From: Candidatus Iainarchaeum sp.
GTDB lineage: Archaea > Iainarchaeota > Iainarchaeia > Iainarchaeales > CSSED10-239
Length of the DNA stretch: 11,991 nucleotides
Direction: 5' to 3'
Assembly: GCA_003559395.1 (NCBI GenBank)
Contig: PWLL01000022.1
Span: 1-11,991, forward strand
The translations under genes were made by a program, and so were the position numbers. The notes under the pieces are model-generated. The model was not told the DNA's origin. It did not search any database and was given only the letters and a program-made list of their open reading frames with translations. Position 1 is the first letter of the stretch. The number at the start of each line of letters is the position of its first letter. Positions 1 to 7,864 of the stretch are shown here, one piece after another.

Positions 1-172
1 GACATAATCAAAATGGAATCATAACTAACACTTCTACTTCTGGTATTGTTTCTGGTAGTAGCAGAGTTGGCGGTTTAGTTGGACATAATCAAAATGGAAT
101 CATAACTAACACTTCTACTTCTGGTATTGTTTCTGGTAGTAGCAGAGTTGGCGGTTTAGTTGGACATAATCA
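1..172 (+). repeat. Perfect 81-bp (27-codon) tandem direct repeat inside the GLUG CDS: two full copies plus 10 bp of a third
   Basis: nt 1-81 and 82-162 are identical base for base (gacataatcaaaatggaatcataactaacacttctacttctggtattgtttctggtagtagcagagttggcggtttagttg). nt 163-172 repeat the first 10 nt and then diverge (catcatagtg). The unit is in frame and encodes HNQNGIITNTSTSGIVSGSSRVGGLVG. The array touches the window edge, so more copies may lie upstream. Confidence 0.95.
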
Positions 173-728
173 TCATAGTGCTAAAATTTCTTACAGTTTT
201 TCTTTATGTGTTGTTTCCTCTTCAACAACTGAACAATATAGTAATGTTGGTGGGCTGGTTGGTTGGAATAATGGAGATGTTAGTTATAGCTTTGCAACTG
301 GCGATGTCAGTGGAAATAAATTAAACAGTGGTGGTTTAATTGGATACAATGCTCATGCAAAGGTAATTAATAGCTATGCAACTGGTGATGTTTTTGGCTT
401 TTCTAGAGTTGGTGGTTTGATTGGTAGAAATTGGACTAGTTCAAACATAGAAAACAGTTATTCTGTTGGAAAGGTTTCTGGTAATTCAAATGTTGGAGGA
501 TTAATTGGTGATGAAAGTGATTCGCCACGTCCAATTGTTTCTAACAGTTATTGGGATACAGAAACTTCAAAACAAGACACCAGTGCAAAAGGAGAAGGAA
601 AAACAACAGAAGAACTGAAACAACAATCTACTTTTGAAGAATGGGATTTTGATAATGTTTGGGATATTAATGAAACAACAACATACCCTTATTTAAGACA
701 AAATAAACAAACACCTTCCCCACAATAA
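1..728 (+). CDS. GLUG-motif repeat surface/adhesin-like protein, C-terminal fragment (5' end lies outside the window)
   Basis: The frame with codons starting at nt 3 is open from the window edge to TAA at 726-728. The TTG start at 417 in the ORF track is an ORF-caller artefact. The translation gives 27-30 aa repeats each carrying GGLVG/GGLIG (SRVGGLVGHN x2, SNVGGLVGWN, NSGGLIGYN, SRVGGLIGRN, SNVGGLIGDE), which is the GLUG motif. It ends with the module SYWDTETS...FEEWDFDNVWDINETTTYPYL that usually closes such arrays. Confidence 0.75.
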   Translation, partial: HNQNGIITNTSTSGIVSGSSRVGGLVGHNQNGIITNTSTSGIVSGSSRVGGLVGHNHHSAKISYSFSLCVVSSSTTEQYSNVGGLVGWNNGDVSYSFATGDVSGNKLNSGGLIGYNAHAKVINSYATGDVFGFSRVGGLIGRNWTSSNIENSYSVGKVSGNSNVGGLIGDESDSPRPIVSNSYWDTETSKQDTSAKGEGKTTEELKQQSTFEEWDFDNVWDINETTTYPYLRQNKQTPSPQ

Positions 729-733
729 AACAT

Positions 734-1678
734 TTACTTTATAAAAAAATTAATTTTGTGTTCTTTGTTTAAAAAAAGCAAGTTAATATCTTCAATAGTT
801 GAACAAAACAACGTGTTTATTTTGTTTATTTCTTTATAAACGTCTGTTTTGTTATCACTTTCATATTTTATTACAATTTCATATTCTCCTAATATTTTCA
901 TAATAAAAACAACATTTTTTAGGTTTTTAAGATAATCAATTAATTCTTTATTTTTACTATTTTTAAGTTTAAATAAAAAAAGAAAAACATTTTCTTTAAG
1001 ATCCGAAACAACACAATGTCCTAAAATAACACGTAAGTGGTTTAGTTTTTTTATTTTTTCTACAATTATTTCTGGTGTTGTATTATTTATTTTTGCAAGA
1101 TTTATGGTTGCAATTTTAGAGTCATAAGATAGGTTTTTTAGAATATTTAAATCTAGCTCATCTAAATCTTTTTTAGAAATCTTGTTTTTTATAGTTTTTT
1201 CGTATTTTGCATTTCTGTATTTTCTAAATAAATAATCTTTATTAAAAAAAGTTGTATCTATAATCGGAAAAAAACAAAAATTAGAAATAAAATTATAAAA
1301 ATTGTTTTTAATATTGTAAGTAAATTTTAAGATGTCGTCATCATTTTTATATAAAAAAGAAAAAACAAAAGAAAAAGACCCTTGTGTTTCACAAACCCAA
1401 TATGTTTTTTCTTGTTTTATTAGCCATAACAAAAGTTTGTTTTTTTCAAAAACGTTTTTTATTTTTATACAACAAAACAAGCTTTTATATCCTAGTTTAG
1501 TGTAGTCAATAATCGTTATGTATTTTTTTATTATGTTTTCTTTTTCTAAGTTTTGTAGTCTGTAACTAACCACTTGCTGAGAAGTTTTTAAAGTTCTAGA
1601 TATTCTAGACAAGCTTTGTCTTGAATTGTTCTCTAACTCATAGATTATTTTTTTATCTAGTAAGTTTAATGAGTCCAT
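734..1678 (-). CDS. Lrp/AsnC-family transcriptional regulator with two tandem HTH + RAM-like modules in one polypeptide
   Basis: The N-terminus LDKKIIYELENNSRQSLSRISRTLKTSQQVVSYRLQNLEKENIIKKY fits the AsnC-type winged HTH pattern. A second copy lies at about aa 172-220 (LDELDLNILKNLSYDSKIATINLAKINNTTPEIIVEKIKKLNHLRVI). Each is followed by a stretch like an effector (RAM) domain (VCETQGSFSFVFSFLYKNDDDI; MKILGEYEIVIKYESDNKTDV). ATG at 1678, TAA stop at 734-736. Confidence 0.7.
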   Translation of the reverse strand: MDSLNLLDKKIIYELENNSRQSLSRISRTLKTSQQVVSYRLQNLEKENIIKKYITIIDYTKLGYKSLFCCIKIKNVFEKNKLLLWLIKQEKTYWVCETQGSFSFVFSFLYKNDDDILKFTYNIKNNFYNFISNFCFFPIIDTTFFNKDYLFRKYRNAKYEKTIKNKISKKDLDELDLNILKNLSYDSKIATINLAKINNTTPEIIVEKIKKLNHLRVILGHCVVSDLKENVFLFLFKLKNSKNKELIDYLKNLKNVVFIMKILGEYEIVIKYESDNKTDVYKEINKINTLFCSTIEDINLLFLNKEHKINFFIK

Positions 1679-1770
1679 AAGTGTTTTTATTGGTTGTATA
1701 TCTTTAAATATTTTTTGTACAAAAACTATTAATAAAAAATAAAATAAACTCTAACAAAAAAAGAAATAAA

Positions 1771-3666
1771 CTATAAAGAAAAGAAATCAAAAACTTCCTT
1801 AGAAACATCTCTAGATATTTTTAATCTTAAATCTCTTGGAAAACATTTTCTATAGTTGTCCCAAAGATATCTTCTATCTATAAAAACAACAATCCCTCTA
1901 TCTGTATCTGATCTTATTACTCTTCCTGCACTTTGAATTACTTTTTGCATAGCTGGTTGAATATATGCATACAACCACCCGTTGTTATATTTTTCTTTAT
2001 AATAATCTATTTTATATTTCATCTCTAAAGTCATAACACCTAAAGGAATTCCAACAATCACAGCACACTTAAGATAATCTCCAGGAAGATCGATTCCTTC
2101 AGAAGCCTTTCCGCCCATTACAGCAAACAAAACGCCACCGTAGTTTTTAGAAAGTTTTTTAAAATCAACAATCATTTCTTCAAAATCTCTTGTGCTTTGT
2201 GCTTCTTGTTGTACTAGTGTTTTTTTCATAGTTTTTATATATTCAACAACGTTATTTAGTATTTCAAAAGAAGGAAAAAAAACAATAGAGTTTCCAGGAA
2301 CACTATTAATTGTTTTAGAAACGGAATCTGCAATCAGCTTATATTCTTTTTCAGATCTTTGTGTAAATTTTGTGGTTGTGTTTGTTACTAAAAGATTTAA
2401 TCTTTTTTTTGCATCAAAAGGACACAAATGTTCTTTTAATAAACAATCTGTTTTTTTAAAACCATAAAGTTCTCTGTACATATCTAAAGGAGTTAAAGTT
2501 GCGGACATTAAAACAGAAGAATAAACATTTTCAAAAATTGGTTTAGTTATTGAAGAAATATCTACTGTGTTGTGACAAACATACAACATGCCTTTTTTTT
2601 TAGTTATAAATCTAATTTTTTCTTTTTTATCTACTATCCAATCTTCAAGAAACAAAGCAAGTGAAACTAACGCACTTTTGTGTGATTCATTTTTTTCAAG
2701 ATATTTTATGCCTGTATCTTCAATTTCAGAAATAAAATCAAAAAGATTGTTTTCAATCTCAGGTATTAGGATTTCTTCTTTTTTAAGCACTTCTTCTTTT
2801 TTATTGTTTGTTAGCTTATTTTCTGCAAGTTTTTCAAAACAATCTAATAGTTTTTGAATAATGTTTGCTATGTTTTTTTTACTAATGGTTTTTGCTTCCT
2901 CTATACATCTATGAAGCATAAACGTACTTAGTTTTTTAGAAGCCAGTTTTACTAGTCTTTCTTGAAGGTTGTGTGCTTCATCAACAATAACAATACAATC
3001 AGATAAAGAAACATTTATTTCAGAAAGAACACTGCTTGCAACTTTTCCAGAAAAAACATGATAGTAATCTCCAATAATCAACTTACAGTCTTTAGCAAAC
3101 AACTTTGCAAGTTCATAAGCACATAGTGGTTGTGGTTCGTTGTTATATGATGTGTAGTTTTCTGCAAGAGAAATTATTTGGTGATGAGATAAAACTGTTG
3201 CATCTTTTATATATCCGTTTATTCTTTGTAAAGTAAATTCTTTTTTTATTTTTTCAGGAGGTTTTATATTATTAAAAAAAGGACAACTTCTTTGTTTTAT
3301 CATTTTATTACAAACTTCATAAAACTCAGCACCAGTCTTAGAAGCAACAGGATCAATACACATGTGTTTTTTTCCAACAAAATCAATGGCTTTTAGGTTT
3401 AGATCATATTTTTCATTAATTTCTTTAAGAACTTCAATGGCAATTTTATGTTGAGATGTTTTAGGTGTTAAAAAAAGCACTTTTAGATCATTATCAATAG
3501 CATATCTCATAGCTACAGAAAGAGCAGAATCTGTTTTTCCTGTGCCTGTTGGAGCGTGTAATAGTATGTTTTTCTTTTGACTTATGGTTTCATTAATATC
3601 TTTAATGATTTCTTTTTGGCCTTTTCTAAAGTTGTTGTGTCTAAAGTATATTTTCATTTTTTTCAT
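1771..3666 (-). CDS. xpd: XPD/Rad3-type (DinG-family) superfamily-2 DNA helicase with a 4Fe-4S cluster domain
   Basis: Start region YFRHNNFRKGQ. Motif I LLHAPTGTGKT. Four Cys between motifs I and II (HMCIDP, EVCNKM, RSCPFF, PLCAYE) match the XPD Fe-S domain. DEAH box VIVDEAHNL. Motif VI QSAGRVIRS. The 631-aa length is typical of archaeal XPD. The start could instead be the second ATG at 3657. Confidence 0.85.
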   Translation of the reverse strand: MKKMKIYFRHNNFRKGQKEIIKDINETISQKKNILLHAPTGTGKTDSALSVAMRYAIDNDLKVLFLTPKTSQHKIAIEVLKEINEKYDLNLKAIDFVGKKHMCIDPVASKTGAEFYEVCNKMIKQRSCPFFNNIKPPEKIKKEFTLQRINGYIKDATVLSHHQIISLAENYTSYNNEPQPLCAYELAKLFAKDCKLIIGDYYHVFSGKVASSVLSEINVSLSDCIVIVDEAHNLQERLVKLASKKLSTFMLHRCIEEAKTISKKNIANIIQKLLDCFEKLAENKLTNNKKEEVLKKEEILIPEIENNLFDFISEIEDTGIKYLEKNESHKSALVSLALFLEDWIVDKKEKIRFITKKKGMLYVCHNTVDISSITKPIFENVYSSVLMSATLTPLDMYRELYGFKKTDCLLKEHLCPFDAKKRLNLLVTNTTTKFTQRSEKEYKLIADSVSKTINSVPGNSIVFFPSFEILNNVVEYIKTMKKTLVQQEAQSTRDFEEMIVDFKKLSKNYGGVLFAVMGGKASEGIDLPGDYLKCAVIVGIPLGVMTLEMKYKIDYYKEKYNNGWLYAYIQPAMQKVIQSAGRVIRSDTDRGIVVFIDRRYLWDNYRKCFPRDLRLKISRDVSKEVFDFFSL

Positions 3667-3916
3667 ATTTTTGTTTTATAATAAAATAATATTATGTAAT
3701 ATAAATGTTTTTATAAAAAAGAATTGGTTTTTGTAAAATTGTTTTTGGTTATAAATAACATATTAAGTAAACAATATAAAACCTTTTCGGAAGGTAATGG
3801 CCAGTGCAGAAAAAGACTTTTATAAATCTGTTGTTTTACAAAAATGTTTTTCTTAGTAATTATGTCTTTTTAGATAAAAACAATAAAGTTAAAAAGAAGT
3901 TTTACATATATTTATT

Positions 3917-4711
3917 ATGAACAACAATAAATCTGATACCAAAGGAGTAATTTATTATTTTTCAGGAACAGGTAATTCGTTTTTTGTTTCAAAAGAATAT
4001 GAAAGCTTGTTTGAAGAAAAAAACATAACAGTTGATCTTGTAGATATTGTTGATATAGATGTTGTAAAAAGTCAAGCCAAATATGATTTTTTAATAATTG
4101 CCTTTCCTGTATATGCTTGGATGCCACCAAGAAACGTAACAGATTTTGTAAAAAAACTACCAAATGTTCAAAAAAAGAAAACCTATATCTTAGCAACCTA
4201 TAGACACTTTTCAGGAGGCTCTTTAAAATATTTAAGTAACTTGTTTTTAAAAAAAGGATATGATGTTTGTGGGTTGTTTGAATATCTTATGCCACAAAAC
4301 TTTTTTGTAAAAAAACAAGAAAAACAACAAATCGAAGACCTTATTCAAAAAACTAAAGCCAAAATAAAAAAAGACTTTCAAAAAATTGAATCTGAAGAAA
4401 AACATTTTAAAAAAACATCTTTTTTTGTGTATGTTATGTCTAAGATTGTTTCGTTCTTTTTTAATATATTTATTATTTCTAAAAAAAATTATATAGTAGA
4501 TCATAACAAATGTACTTTTTGTGGGTTGTGTGAACAAGTATGTCCTACAAAAAACATAATTGTTAAAAAAAAGAAAAGAAATGTTATTTTTTTAGACCAT
4601 TGCTTGTTTTGTACAAGATGCTATAATCTTTGTCCAACTAAAGCAATTAATTTTAAAAAAAGTAAAGCAAATTATGTGCGGTATGATTATTTTAAAAAAT
4701 ATTATAAATGA
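3917..4711 (+). CDS. EFR1-like flavodoxin-domain / 2x[4Fe-4S] ferredoxin-domain protein
   Basis: The N-terminal flavodoxin-like signature is GVIYYFSGTGNS. The C-terminus has two CxxCxxCxxxCP motifs (CTFCGLCEQVCP and CLFCTRCYNLCP). A hydrophobic stretch (TSFFVYVMSKIVSFFFNIFIIS) separates the two domains. ATG at 3917, TGA stop at 4709-4711. Confidence 0.7.
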   Translation: MNNNKSDTKGVIYYFSGTGNSFFVSKEYESLFEEKNITVDLVDIVDIDVVKSQAKYDFLIIAFPVYAWMPPRNVTDFVKKLPNVQKKKTYILATYRHFSGGSLKYLSNLFLKKGYDVCGLFEYLMPQNFFVKKQEKQQIEDLIQKTKAKIKKDFQKIESEEKHFKKTSFFVYVMSKIVSFFFNIFIISKKNYIVDHNKCTFCGLCEQVCPTKNIIVKKKKRNVIFLDHCLFCTRCYNLCPTKAINFKKSKANYVRYDYFKKYYK

Positions 4712-4769
4712 TTAAAAACATTATTTTAAAAATACTATACATGATATAATATATAAAAATCTTATCTTT

Positions 4770-4775
4770 AAGGAG
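4770..4775 (+). promoter_or_regulatory. Shine-Dalgarno site for ppsA (AAGGAG)
   Basis: aaggag at 4770-4775 lies 9 nt upstream of ATG 4785. It is a purine-rich island in an otherwise A/T-only leader. Confidence 0.6.
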
Positions 4776-4784
4776 AAGAAAAAT

Positions 4785-7187
4785 ATGAAAAATAAAAAAC
4801 TAATCTTGTGGTTTAATGAGATATCAATAGAAGATGTGCCTTTAGTAGGAGGAAAAAACGCGTCTTTAGGAGAAATGTATAGAAACCTTACTAAAAAAGG
4901 AGTAAAAATACCAAATGGCTTTGCAGTAACAGCACACGCCTATAGATACGTTCTTAAAAAAGAAAATGTAAAAGAAAAAATAAGAACAATATTTAAAGAT
5001 CTTAATGTTAACAATATAGAAAACTTAAGCAAAAAAGGAAATGAAGTAAGAAGAATGATAAGACATCTTCCACTACCAAAAGATCTAGAAGAAGAAATAA
5101 TAAAAGCCTATTATCAACTTTCAAAACAAGCAAAAGTTAAAGAAATGGATGTTGCAGTGAGATCATCAGCGACCGCAGAAGACGCACCAGATGCCTCGTT
5201 TGCTGGACAACAAGAAACATATCTTAACATAAAAGGCCCAGAAGATCTTTTAGATGCGTGTAAGAAATGTTTTGCTTCTCTTTTTACAAACAGAGCCATC
5301 TCTTATAGAGAAAGAAACAAATATGACCACTTTGATGCAGCACTATCTATCTGTGTTCAAAGAATGGTCCGAAGTGATCTTGCTTCTTCTGGTGTTTTGT
5401 TTTCTATAGATACAGAAACTGGATTTAAAGATGTTGTATTAATTAATGGAGCCTATGGTTTAGGAGAAAATGTTGTTCAAGGAGCAGTAAACCCAGACGA
5501 GTTTGTTGTTTTTAAACCAACCTTAAAGAAAAACTATAAACCAATCATCTCAAAAAGACTAGGTTCAAAAACAATGAAGATGATCTATAATACAGAAGGA
5601 AATATACCAGTTAAAAATGTTGCAGTAGATCTTACGCATAGAAAACAATTTTGTATAGATGATAATAAAATTCTTAAACTTGCAAAATGGGCAGTTATAA
5701 TAGAAGAATACTATACAAAAAAAGCAAAAACCTATAGACCCATGGATATAGAATGGGCAGTAGATGGAAACACAAACGAGCTTTTTGTTGTTCAAGCAAG
5801 ACCAGAAACCGTTCAATCACAAAGAAAAAGAAACAAATATGTAACTTATAAACTTTTAGAAAAAAAAGAACCTATCTTGCAAGGAATTGCAATTGGTCAA
5901 CAGATTGTTTCTGGAGAAGTTTGTATTATTAAAGATTCAAAAGAAATAAACTCTTTTAAAGAAGGAGCAATACTAGTTACAGAAATAACAGACCCAGACT
6001 GGGAACCAATCATGAAAAAAGCCAAAGCTATAATCACTAACAGAGGTGGAAAAACATGTCATAGTGCTATAGTTGCAAGAGAGATAGGCATTCCTTGCAT
6101 TGTTGGTACAAGCACAGCAACTAAAACATTAAAAGACAAACAAACAATTACGTTAGATTGTTCAAGTGGAGATAGTGGATTTATTTATGATGGAGAAATA
6201 AAGTTTGAAAAACAAGAACAAGATATAAAAAAGATGCCCAAAACAAAAACTAAAATAATGATGAACGTAGGTAATCCAGAAAATGCCTTTGATCTATCTA
6301 CTTTGCCAAACCAAGGTGTTGGTTTAGCTAGAGAAGAATTTATTATTAACTCTTGGATAAAGATACATCCTCTAGCACTGATAAATTATAACAATATAAA
6401 AGACAAACAAGTTAAATGGGAAATAGAAGATTTAACTATTGGTTATAAAGACAAGAAACAATACTTTGTAGATCTTCTATCATACGGTATTGCAAGAATT
6501 GCAGCAGCCTTTTATCCAAAAAAAGTAATCCTAAGGTTATCTGATTTTAAAACAGACGAATATGCAAACCTTATAGGTGGAAAAGAATATGAACCACAAG
6601 AAAGTAATCCTATGATTGGTTGGAGAGGCGCTTCAAGATACTATCAAGGAAACTATAGAAAAGGCTTTAAGCTAGAATGTTTAGCAATAAAAAAAGTAAT
6701 AGATGTGTTTGGTTTAACAAATCTAGAAATAATGGTTCCTTTTTGTAGAACCATAGAAGAAGCAAAAAAAGTTGTTCAAGAAATAAAAAATAACGGACTA
6801 GATAGAAGAAAGCTAAAGATTAACTGTATGTGTGAAGTGCCATCAAATATTGTTCTTGCAGAACAGTTTTTAGATATATTTGATGGATATAGTATAGGAA
6901 GTAACGATCTGACTCAATTAACTCTTGGACTAGATAGAAACTCAGAACTTTTAGCACACATTTATGATGAAAGAAACGAAGCAGTAAAAAAACAAATAAA
7001 ACAAGTTATAAAGATAGCACGAAATAAAAAAAAGTATATTGGAATTTGTGGACAAGCACCTTCTGACTATCCAGAATTTGCAGAATTTTTAGTTAGAGAA
7101 AAGATTGAGTCTATTAGCCTTAATCCAGATACAATTATTCAAACAACTATAGCAATTGCAAAAGTAGAAAAAAAACTTAAAAAATAG
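4785..7187 (+). CDS. ppsA: Phosphoenolpyruvate synthase (pyruvate, water dikinase)
   Basis: The N-terminal ATP-grasp region carries VPLVGGKNASLGEM. The phosphohistidine swivel motif is GGKTCHSAIVAREIGIPCIVG. The C-terminal PEP-utiliser barrel has MCEVPS (catalytic Cys region) and GSNDLTQLTLG. The 800-aa length is typical of PpsA. Confidence 0.95.
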   Translation: MKNKKLILWFNEISIEDVPLVGGKNASLGEMYRNLTKKGVKIPNGFAVTAHAYRYVLKKENVKEKIRTIFKDLNVNNIENLSKKGNEVRRMIRHLPLPKDLEEEIIKAYYQLSKQAKVKEMDVAVRSSATAEDAPDASFAGQQETYLNIKGPEDLLDACKKCFASLFTNRAISYRERNKYDHFDAALSICVQRMVRSDLASSGVLFSIDTETGFKDVVLINGAYGLGENVVQGAVNPDEFVVFKPTLKKNYKPIISKRLGSKTMKMIYNTEGNIPVKNVAVDLTHRKQFCIDDNKILKLAKWAVIIEEYYTKKAKTYRPMDIEWAVDGNTNELFVVQARPETVQSQRKRNKYVTYKLLEKKEPILQGIAIGQQIVSGEVCIIKDSKEINSFKEGAILVTEITDPDWEPIMKKAKAIITNRGGKTCHSAIVAREIGIPCIVGTSTATKTLKDKQTITLDCSSGDSGFIYDGEIKFEKQEQDIKKMPKTKTKIMMNVGNPENAFDLSTLPNQGVGLAREEFIINSWIKIHPLALINYNNIKDKQVKWEIEDLTIGYKDKKQYFVDLLSYGIARIAAAFYPKKVILRLSDFKTDEYANLIGGKEYEPQESNPMIGWRGASRYYQGNYRKGFKLECLAIKKVIDVFGLTNLEIMVPFCRTIEEAKKVVQEIKNNGLDRRKLKINCMCEVPSNIVLAEQFLDIFDGYSIGSNDLTQLTLGLDRNSELLAHIYDERNEAVKKQIKQVIKIARNKKKYIGICGQAPSDYPEFAEFLVREKIESISLNPDTIIQTTIAIAKVEKKLKK

Positions 7188-7281
7188 ATTTGACCAAACA
7201 ATAAGAAAGTTTTTAAAAAATGATGGTAGTATATATTATTTTATACTATAAATTATAAAAAATAATAGTATTGATTTAAAA

Positions 7282-7287
7282 AGGTGA
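7282..7287 (+). promoter_or_regulatory. Shine-Dalgarno site for lemA (AGGTGA)
   Basis: aggtga at 7282-7287 lies 6 nt upstream of ATG 7294. Confidence 0.6.
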
Positions 7288-7293
7288 AAAAAT

Positions 7294-7848
7294 ATGGGAG
7301 TATTATGGATTGTAATAATCATCTTAGCAATAATATTGTTTATTAGCTTTATAATATACAATAGTTTGATAAGAGTAAGAAATAAAGTAAAAAATGCATG
7401 GTCACAAATAGATGTGCAACTTAAAAAAAGATATGATCTTGTACCAAATCTTGTAGATACAGTAAAAGGTTATGTAAAACACGAAAGACAAACACTAGAA
7501 ACAATAACAAACATGAGAACACAAGCAATGCAAGCTAAAAACCCACAAGAAAAAATAAAAGCAAACAACAAGATGTCAAAAGCAATTGGTGGGCTGATTA
7601 ATGTTGTTGTTGAAAACTATCCAGACTTAAAAGCTTCTCAAAACTTTTTGATGTTGCAAGAAGAGTTAAGTGGTATAGAAAACAAAATTGCATACTCTAG
7701 ACAATATTATAACGACTCAATAATGAGATATAATAACAAAATAGAGATGTTTCCAACAAACATGTTTGCAAAAATATTTAATTTTGAGAAAAAAGATTTT
7801 TTAGAAACTGAAGAGAAAGAAAAAGGACCTGTAAAGGTTTCTTTTTAA
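7294..7848 (+). CDS. lemA: LemA-family membrane protein
   Basis: A single N-terminal TM helix (VLWIVIIILAIILFISFIIY) is followed by the characteristic LemA core: YNSLIRVRNKVKNAWSQIDVQLKKRYDLVPNLVDTVKGY...HE, then ENYPDLKASQNF..LQEEL, then R..YN. The 184-aa length fits the family. Confidence 0.9.
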   Translation: MGVLWIVIIILAIILFISFIIYNSLIRVRNKVKNAWSQIDVQLKKRYDLVPNLVDTVKGYVKHERQTLETITNMRTQAMQAKNPQEKIKANNKMSKAIGGLINVVVENYPDLKASQNFLMLQEELSGIENKIAYSRQYYNDSIMRYNNKIEMFPTNMFAKIFNFEKKDFLETEEKEKGPVKVSF

Positions 7849-7858
7849 TTTTTTTTTT
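7849..7858 (+). terminator. T10 tract immediately after the lemA stop; candidate archaeal-type oligo-T termination or pause signal
   Basis: Ten consecutive T residues at 7849-7858 directly follow TAA at 7846-7848. The next ORF starts only 7-22 nt later, so any termination would have to be leaky. T-runs are common in this AT-rich DNA, so confidence is low. Confidence 0.25.
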
Positions 7859-7864
7859 AAAATT

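Noticed and set aside
1-172. The 81-bp perfect repeats as a CRISPR array or non-coding satellite
   Set aside because: The units are directly adjacent with no spacers. They are in frame and encode canonical GLUG repeat units within an open reading frame.
417-419. TTG at 417 as the start of a 103-aa protein
   Set aside because: The same frame is open back to nt 3 and encodes continuous GLUG repeats. The gene is a 3' fragment of a larger CDS, not a 103-aa protein.
1679-1770. TATA-box and oligo-T terminator calls around the Lrp-like and xpd genes (for example tttaaa near 1703-1708, and an A7 run at 1756-1762 that reads as T7 on the minus strand)
   Set aside because: The positions are plausible for an archaeal leaderless promoter and an oligo-T terminator. 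However, nearly every intergenic hexamer here is TATA-like or a T-run, so the calls have no discriminating power without transcript data.
2192-2857. Two + strand ORFs (2192-2467 and 2588-2857) inside the xpd locus
   Set aside because: They lie entirely antisense to a helicase CDS with clear motifs. The translations are low-complexity and F/S/L-rich, as expected from reading an A-rich coding strand backwards. These are shadow ORFs.
3667-3916. tRNA gene or replication origin in the long AT-rich divergent spacer
   Set aside because: I could not fold a cloverleaf and saw no conserved T-loop (GTTCGAATC-like) sequence. There are no multiple ORB-like repeats and no adjacent orc1/cdc6 gene. Only a short hairpin and one marginal inverted repeat are present.
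3915-4537. Two - strand ORFs (3915-4196 and 4247-4537) opposite the EFR1-like ferredoxin gene
   Set aside because: They are antisense to a CDS with flavodoxin and 4Fe-4S motifs. They have no motifs or start context of their own. These are typical AT-rich shadow ORFs.
5114-5816. Two - strand ORFs (5114-5299 and 5565-5816) inside ppsA
   Set aside because: They are antisense to an unambiguous PEP synthase gene. They are short and have no recognisable features.
7227-7248. Hairpin tagtata-N8-tatacta downstream of ppsA as an intrinsic terminator
   Set aside because: The 7-bp stem is almost all A/T, with a single G:C pair, so predicted stability is very low and such a match is easily found by chance in this composition. 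It is not followed by a clean T tract. I cannot distinguish it from background.
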